DNA of 62,229 bases, the filler included, from Aduncisulcus paluster (lineage: Eukaryota): the NCBI GenBank assembly GCA_024181965.1. It is 6 parts of 6 records of this genome, joined end to end, with 100 filler letters (N's around TTAATTAATTAA, not from the genome) between each part and the next. Parts side by side here need not be neighbours in the genome. Positions count along the whole stretch, not along the records: positions 52,952 to 62,229 come from BQXS01011295.1; 5 more parts are not named here. One strand, 5' to 3'. The position numbers and the translations under genes are program-made. The number at the start of each line of letters is the position of its first letter. The stretch's first letter is position 1. Under the pieces are notes generated by a model, which did no database searches, was not told where the DNA came from, and saw only the letters and a list, made by a program, of their open reading frames with translations. Of this stretch, positions 57,975-62,229 are shown piece by piece.

Positions 57975-60900
57975 ATGTCTTTGTTTCAAGTTAAAGAGTA
58001 TGCACAAGCTAAAATTCATGGAGAATATGACGAAGGTAGTTTTGTTGTTTCTCACCTAAACTCTCAAGAAAATGAAGTAATATTAATGTGCACTCTTCAA
58101 GGAGAGTTTAAAATACTTTGTGTTGAAGATAATGAGATTAAATGCCTGTTATCTAAGCAGTTTCCTCACCCTATTCTTCAAGTGAAATATTGCTCAATAC
58201 AACGTGGTCAGGAGAAGAGATTATTGCTATTATCATTTTTTGCACTTAAAGCTTATAAAATTACTCTTGATGATCCAGGTAATCCGACGGAAGGAGTTTA
58301 CACAATGGAACTTGTCGGAGAGCTGCCATTATCGAGAAAAGCGTGTTTATTTGATGTTTTTAGGAGACAAGGAAAAGAAATGATTGCTATTAGATCTCTT
58401 GATGGTTCCTTATCTCTTTTTGTAAATGGGCGAGAAATAGCCACCGTTGATCTAGGGGGAGAGTTTTTATTCCCGGCTCCTTTCTCTTATTTAACATCAA
58501 CTGATATGTTACTGATTGCAAATGCCCAATATGAAGTATGTGCGTATACTATTACCGAGTTGCATCGAGCTTCTGATATACAATCTTCGATGTCAAGTCA
58601 ACAACTCTTGAAAATTTCCTCAAAATACTCCATTTCAGCACAAACTATGATGGATGACTCTGGTTCTCCGTCGATTGATATAGCTAAGCATCCAATTCCT
58701 ATTCCAAGGTGGAAAGTACCCATTGGGGAACGTGTTCATAGTACTTTTTTGTATGGTGGAAATGAAACTATGATTGTTTCGAGGCATAACATCATTTGGG
58801 TTCGGGGAGAAGGTGAAATATCTCGTTCTTTCACACCATCCATCCCTATCTCAGCTGTTCATCAATATAACGTTCCTGACAAGCTTGGGACGGAGATACC
58901 GGCCGCACTGGTTCTAGATATGAGAGGAGGAATGGCTATTTTTAGAAATGATAAACTTGTTTGGCGTGCCCTTATTCCCGATAACTTCTTTGGTATTTCC
59001 GTGTCCAAACCCCATCCACCTATCGCTTTATCCACAATTACGACGATTGAGCATCGTTCTCTGTTGATATTCTTTACAGATTGTGGAATTATTTCATGTG
59101 GATACCTTGGAATGCTTCCAAAGAAAGAAGATATTCCCGAGGAAATCCATCTGAGCAGTCAAATATTGCAGGAACAAAATGCCGAGAGAAAGAAGCTCTT
59201 GGCCGAAATAGAAGGCTTGGAATCAGAGGAAAAACGTGCAGAAGAGTCACAAAAGGCTCTCTTAGCTCCCCCTGTATCCAAACTTAAGCCCTGGCAGTCT
59301 ATTATTCCTCGTTGCTCGTATGTCGGTCACTCCGCTACTTCTATCAGGCTCTCTCTCTGTGTGGACTCCCTTGAGTATGATGTTTCATCCGTGCGTGTTT
59401 CGTGTGGATGTGAAGGGTGTGAATGTGTTCTTGTCAACGAGGAGGAGGCCGAGAGAAAACGAGAGAAGGAAGAGCAGGAATTCTTTGGATCTGGACCCAG
59501 TGAGGAAGAGGAGGAGGAAGAGGAAGAAGAGGTGCTTGAGGCTGGAGATGTGGCGGAAGGAGTGGTTGTGTTGCCAAAGATGAAAGAAATTGAAGATTAT
59601 ACCTCAATCAGTCCGGGGAAAGCTTTGGTTTTCTCAGTAGAAATTAAATTCCCAGAATCTCTCCATTCTTGGGATTACAAAGATGATCCAATATCAAGAG
59701 GATTATTTTTAGAAAGTGAGAAAGAATCGTCTATTTCTTCTTCTGATTCTCCTATCCGTGATTCAATCTTCTCATCTCCATACATTAATAATATTATCAA
59801 TTTGAGTCTTTCTTTCTCTGTTGAAGGGAAACCATTCCATCGTATCCATGAAATTCCCCTTCCTCCTTTGTTGCCTCACATTCAACTTTCTCAGAATGAA
59901 CAATCAAAACTAAAAATAGAACAACTTCATTCACAATGGGGAGAAGATGATTCGTATCTCCATGACCAAAAACAAGAAGTTGCAAGCATTATTCTGGATG
60001 GTACTAAGGAACCTTCTCCAGAGTTGTTGGCATCCATCGGATGTCTTGAGCGGATATCTCTCCAAGTCAGAGTTCCACAAGGATCTTTCCAGTTGGCTCC
60101 GCCAGGTTCTGATGATTTTGTTTCGTCTTTGCACACATTGGACTCCTCAACTCTCCTTGCATCTACCCTATATGGTCCTGCAATTATTTGTGTGAAGGTT
60201 GTCGATTGTTCAGAATCGTCGGGTAACTCCACCGAGAAACGGTTTATCATTGAAGGTTGTGTTTCTGCTGCATGTGCTGTTTCTAGGTGGATTTGTGTGA
60301 ATGTCAGCTCCCAAGAACTTGATTATCTTGTTGAAATCGTGAACAAGACGGATGAAGGTGATCTTATTCAGCAACAGAGAGCAATGGAGACTGAAACCCA
60401 CATGAAAGCATTTTTAGCTATTTGGCACTCTGAGAAATCCAAGATTCCTCCCTGTTTCATGCCTATTTTGAACTCTCTCTTCTTCTTCTCATATCTCCAT
60501 ATTGATTTGAGACAAGAGGCTGAAGCTCTTTCGCGTGAAATTGCTTCTCTGTCCGTCCTCATCAGGCACTCAGAGAGACACTTAATCACTTCTGCAAAGG
60601 CGACTAATCCCGTGTCTGGAAGTGAACATGTTATTCCGGTGTTGAATGATTGTCTGTTCCAACTACGGTCTATCACAAAGCACCTTGAGACTGTGAAGAC
60701 AAATGAACAAAGTGTGGAAATGAGATGTCGGAATATTATTCTCACACTGGCTACCATTCTTAGTTCCAAAGCGACGACTCAAACTGGTGCTATTCTTACA
60801 CAATGCATCGATGTATCGGGGATTTTATGTGAGGAAGATGTTTGCAAAAAGGTGGCTATTTTTGGACTTGGGGATGGGAGTGTTGGTCATCTTAACGTAA

Positions 60901-61004
60901 CAGATGCCATGTCAGAAAGTGGAGGGAAGAGAGTTCCATCCTCTGTATATCCATTCTGTAAGGCTATTTCTGAGGTTGTTAGTGAAATATCGAAAGAAGA
61001 ATGA
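57975..61004 (+). CDS. BBS9: BBSome subunit BBS9 (PTHB1)
   Basis: N-terminus MSLFQVKEY...EYDEG, IRSLDGSLSLF, FLFPAPFSY, LVWRA and SCGYLG, typical of PTHB1_N. Confidence 0.85.
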   Translation: MSLFQVKEYAQAKIHGEYDEGSFVVSHLNSQENEVILMCTLQGEFKILCVEDNEIKCLLSKQFPHPILQVKYCSIQRGQEKRLLLLSFFALKAYKITLDDPGNPTEGVYTMELVGELPLSRKACLFDVFRRQGKEMIAIRSLDGSLSLFVNGREIATVDLGGEFLFPAPFSYLTSTDMLLIANAQYEVCAYTITELHRASDIQSSMSSQQLLKISSKYSISAQTMMDDSGSPSIDIAKHPIPIPRWKVPIGERVHSTFLYGGNETMIVSRHNIIWVRGEGEISRSFTPSIPISAVHQYNVPDKLGTEIPAALVLDMRGGMAIFRNDKLVWRALIPDNFFGISVSKPHPPIALSTITTIEHRSLLIFFTDCGIISCGYLGMLPKKEDIPEEIHLSSQILQEQNAERKKLLAEIEGLESEEKRAEESQKALLAPPVSKLKPWQSIIPRCSYVGHSATSIRLSLCVDSLEYDVSSVRVSCGCEGCECVLVNEEEAERKREKEEQEFFGSGPSEEEEEEEEEEVLEAGDVAEGVVVLPKMKEIEDYTSISPGKALVFSVEIKFPESLHSWDYKDDPISRGLFLESEKESSISSSDSPIRDSIFSSPYINNIINLSLSFSVEGKPFHRIHEIPLPPLLPHIQLSQNEQSKLKIEQLHSQWGEDDSYLHDQKQEVASIILDGTKEPSPELLASIGCLERISLQVRVPQGSFQLAPPGSDDFVSSLHTLDSSTLLASTLYGPAIICVKVVDCSESSGNSTEKRFIIEGCVSAACAVSRWICVNVSSQELDYLVEIVNKTDEGDLIQQQRAMETETHMKAFLAIWHSEKSKIPPCFMPILNSLFFFSYLHIDLRQEAEALSREIASLSVLIRHSERHLITSAKATNPVSGSEHVIPVLNDCLFQLRSITKHLETVKTNEQSVEMRCRNIILTLATILSSKATTQTGAILTQCIDVSGILCEEDVCKKVAIFGLGDGSVGHLNVTDAMSESGGKRVPSSVYPFCKAISEVVSEISKEE

Positions 61005-61980
61005 AGAAAATAATCAATAATTCCAATTTTATTTTACAAATACGATTCAATTTCTGTAAAAATACAACTTTTTATTCAAGCTTTACAAACTTTTTTTCAT
61101 AACTTTTTGACTTGATATTTTTGTTTTACTTTAGATCATTCGAATATATATTGTGATGTAGGAAGCTAAACTTCATCAAGTTTGATAATTTGGACGAATG
61201 TGGCAAAAGTATATCGAAGGTTTGTAGCACAAAGGAATTTGGTTATTGGCATTGAACTTCAATGCATTGAAGAACTCCAAAGAATAAAGAAATGCAGGAA
61301 TCCCAACCTGATTATCGCAACAGAAGGCTACAAGAGATATCTATCTCAATGAGCTGATCTCATAGAATCCTAGAGGTTGTTGTTATTGTGTGATTGATTA
61401 ACAATTATAACAATAACGATACAAACCCTGGACAATAGTACAATATCAAAGAGTGATGGTTTACTTATTAATGAAACACTAATGAGCAAATTTCATTCAA
61501 GAAAACCCCATTTAGAGCGAGAACATATTTGGTCCATTCTAAAAATAGATTTTCTAAAAATAGAATGTGTTCTTTGGATTTGCGAATATTCTCTTTCTGG
61601 ATTGTTTGAAATTGATTGAAAACATGTTTTTAGTCTGTATAACAACAGAAACTGGGTGGCTTGGTGAATTTGGAATGGAATATCACTGAGGCAATTGAAA
61701 ACACCATTTTAACAAACACACACGCATAATATCATTAGTTTGATGTGAATTCAATTTTCAACGGGTCGAAATAATTAAAGTAGTTCTAAAAATAGAAATT
61801 CTAAAAATAGAAATATCAAAATTGAAATTCAATGAAATATCCATAAAAACGATATTTTTCGAATTTTTAAAGACCTTTCTTAGTTGAGTAGACGAATGTG
61901 GAAAGACTATACATTCATAAACATAAATATAAATATCATTCACCCATTTCTGAATGAATAGATCGAATCTGAGTCATGTT

Positions 61981-62229
61981 TCATAAATGAATCCATCTTT
62001 TTTGTATTACTTTTTTTTCAATTTTCTCTTCTTCAACGACATCTTCCATCCCTTGTCTCCACGCTTCTTGGTCGAATTGTTCAAATGAACAACATGGTTC
62101 TTGATCAAACAATATTTCTACACCGCCACCTGTCCGTTCAATCATGTCATACACGGATTGTCTCAAAGATCTTTCATTGTCAACTGAAATCCTACCAAGC
62201 AAGTGTCGAGGAGGAGTGTACTTGATGAG
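61981..62229 (-). CDS. C-terminus of another expanded-family member (runs off window)
   Basis: YTPPRHLL...RSLRQSVYDMIERTGGGVEILFDQEPCCSFE, homologous to 31664-31870. Confidence 0.75.
   Translation of the reverse strand, partial: LIKYTPPRHLLGRISVDNERSLRQSVYDMIERTGGGVEILFDQEPCCSFEQFDQEAWRQGMEDVVEEEKIEKKVIQKRWIHL

Overview
Eukaryotic protist genomic DNA: compact, intron-poor genes on both strands, AT-rich spacers, ciliary genes (BBS9, Tctex1, RIIAD1) and GTATGTT...TAG spliceosomal introns. The gene style and expanded helical-repeat/kinase family suggest a free-living fornicate metamonad such as Aduncisulcus; this is inference only. The window is not contiguous: five 100-nt N-TTAATTAATTAA-N linkers join separate contigs, and six 20-N gaps have duplicated flanks that are assembly artefacts. 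Recognisable genes are a Moco-sulfurase-like PLP enzyme, tRNA-Asp(GTC), alpha-tubulin (3' part), Qc-SNARE, GH20 beta-hexosaminidase, DSC3-like UBL protein, GRP170/HYOU1-like Hsp70, RING protein, atypical MAPK15-like kinase, Rpn10 tail, DnaJ protein, RIIAD1, USP, Tctex1 and BBS9. The most striking unexplained signal is dense intergenic arrays of perfect odd-length palindromes with a single central base, mostly C or G, located upstream of genes. One duplicated promoter shows such a palindrome present in one copy and absent from the other. A lineage-expanded helical-repeat gene family is also present, with a shared C-terminal motif, a downstream doublet hairpin tag and a 770-bp inverted duplication.
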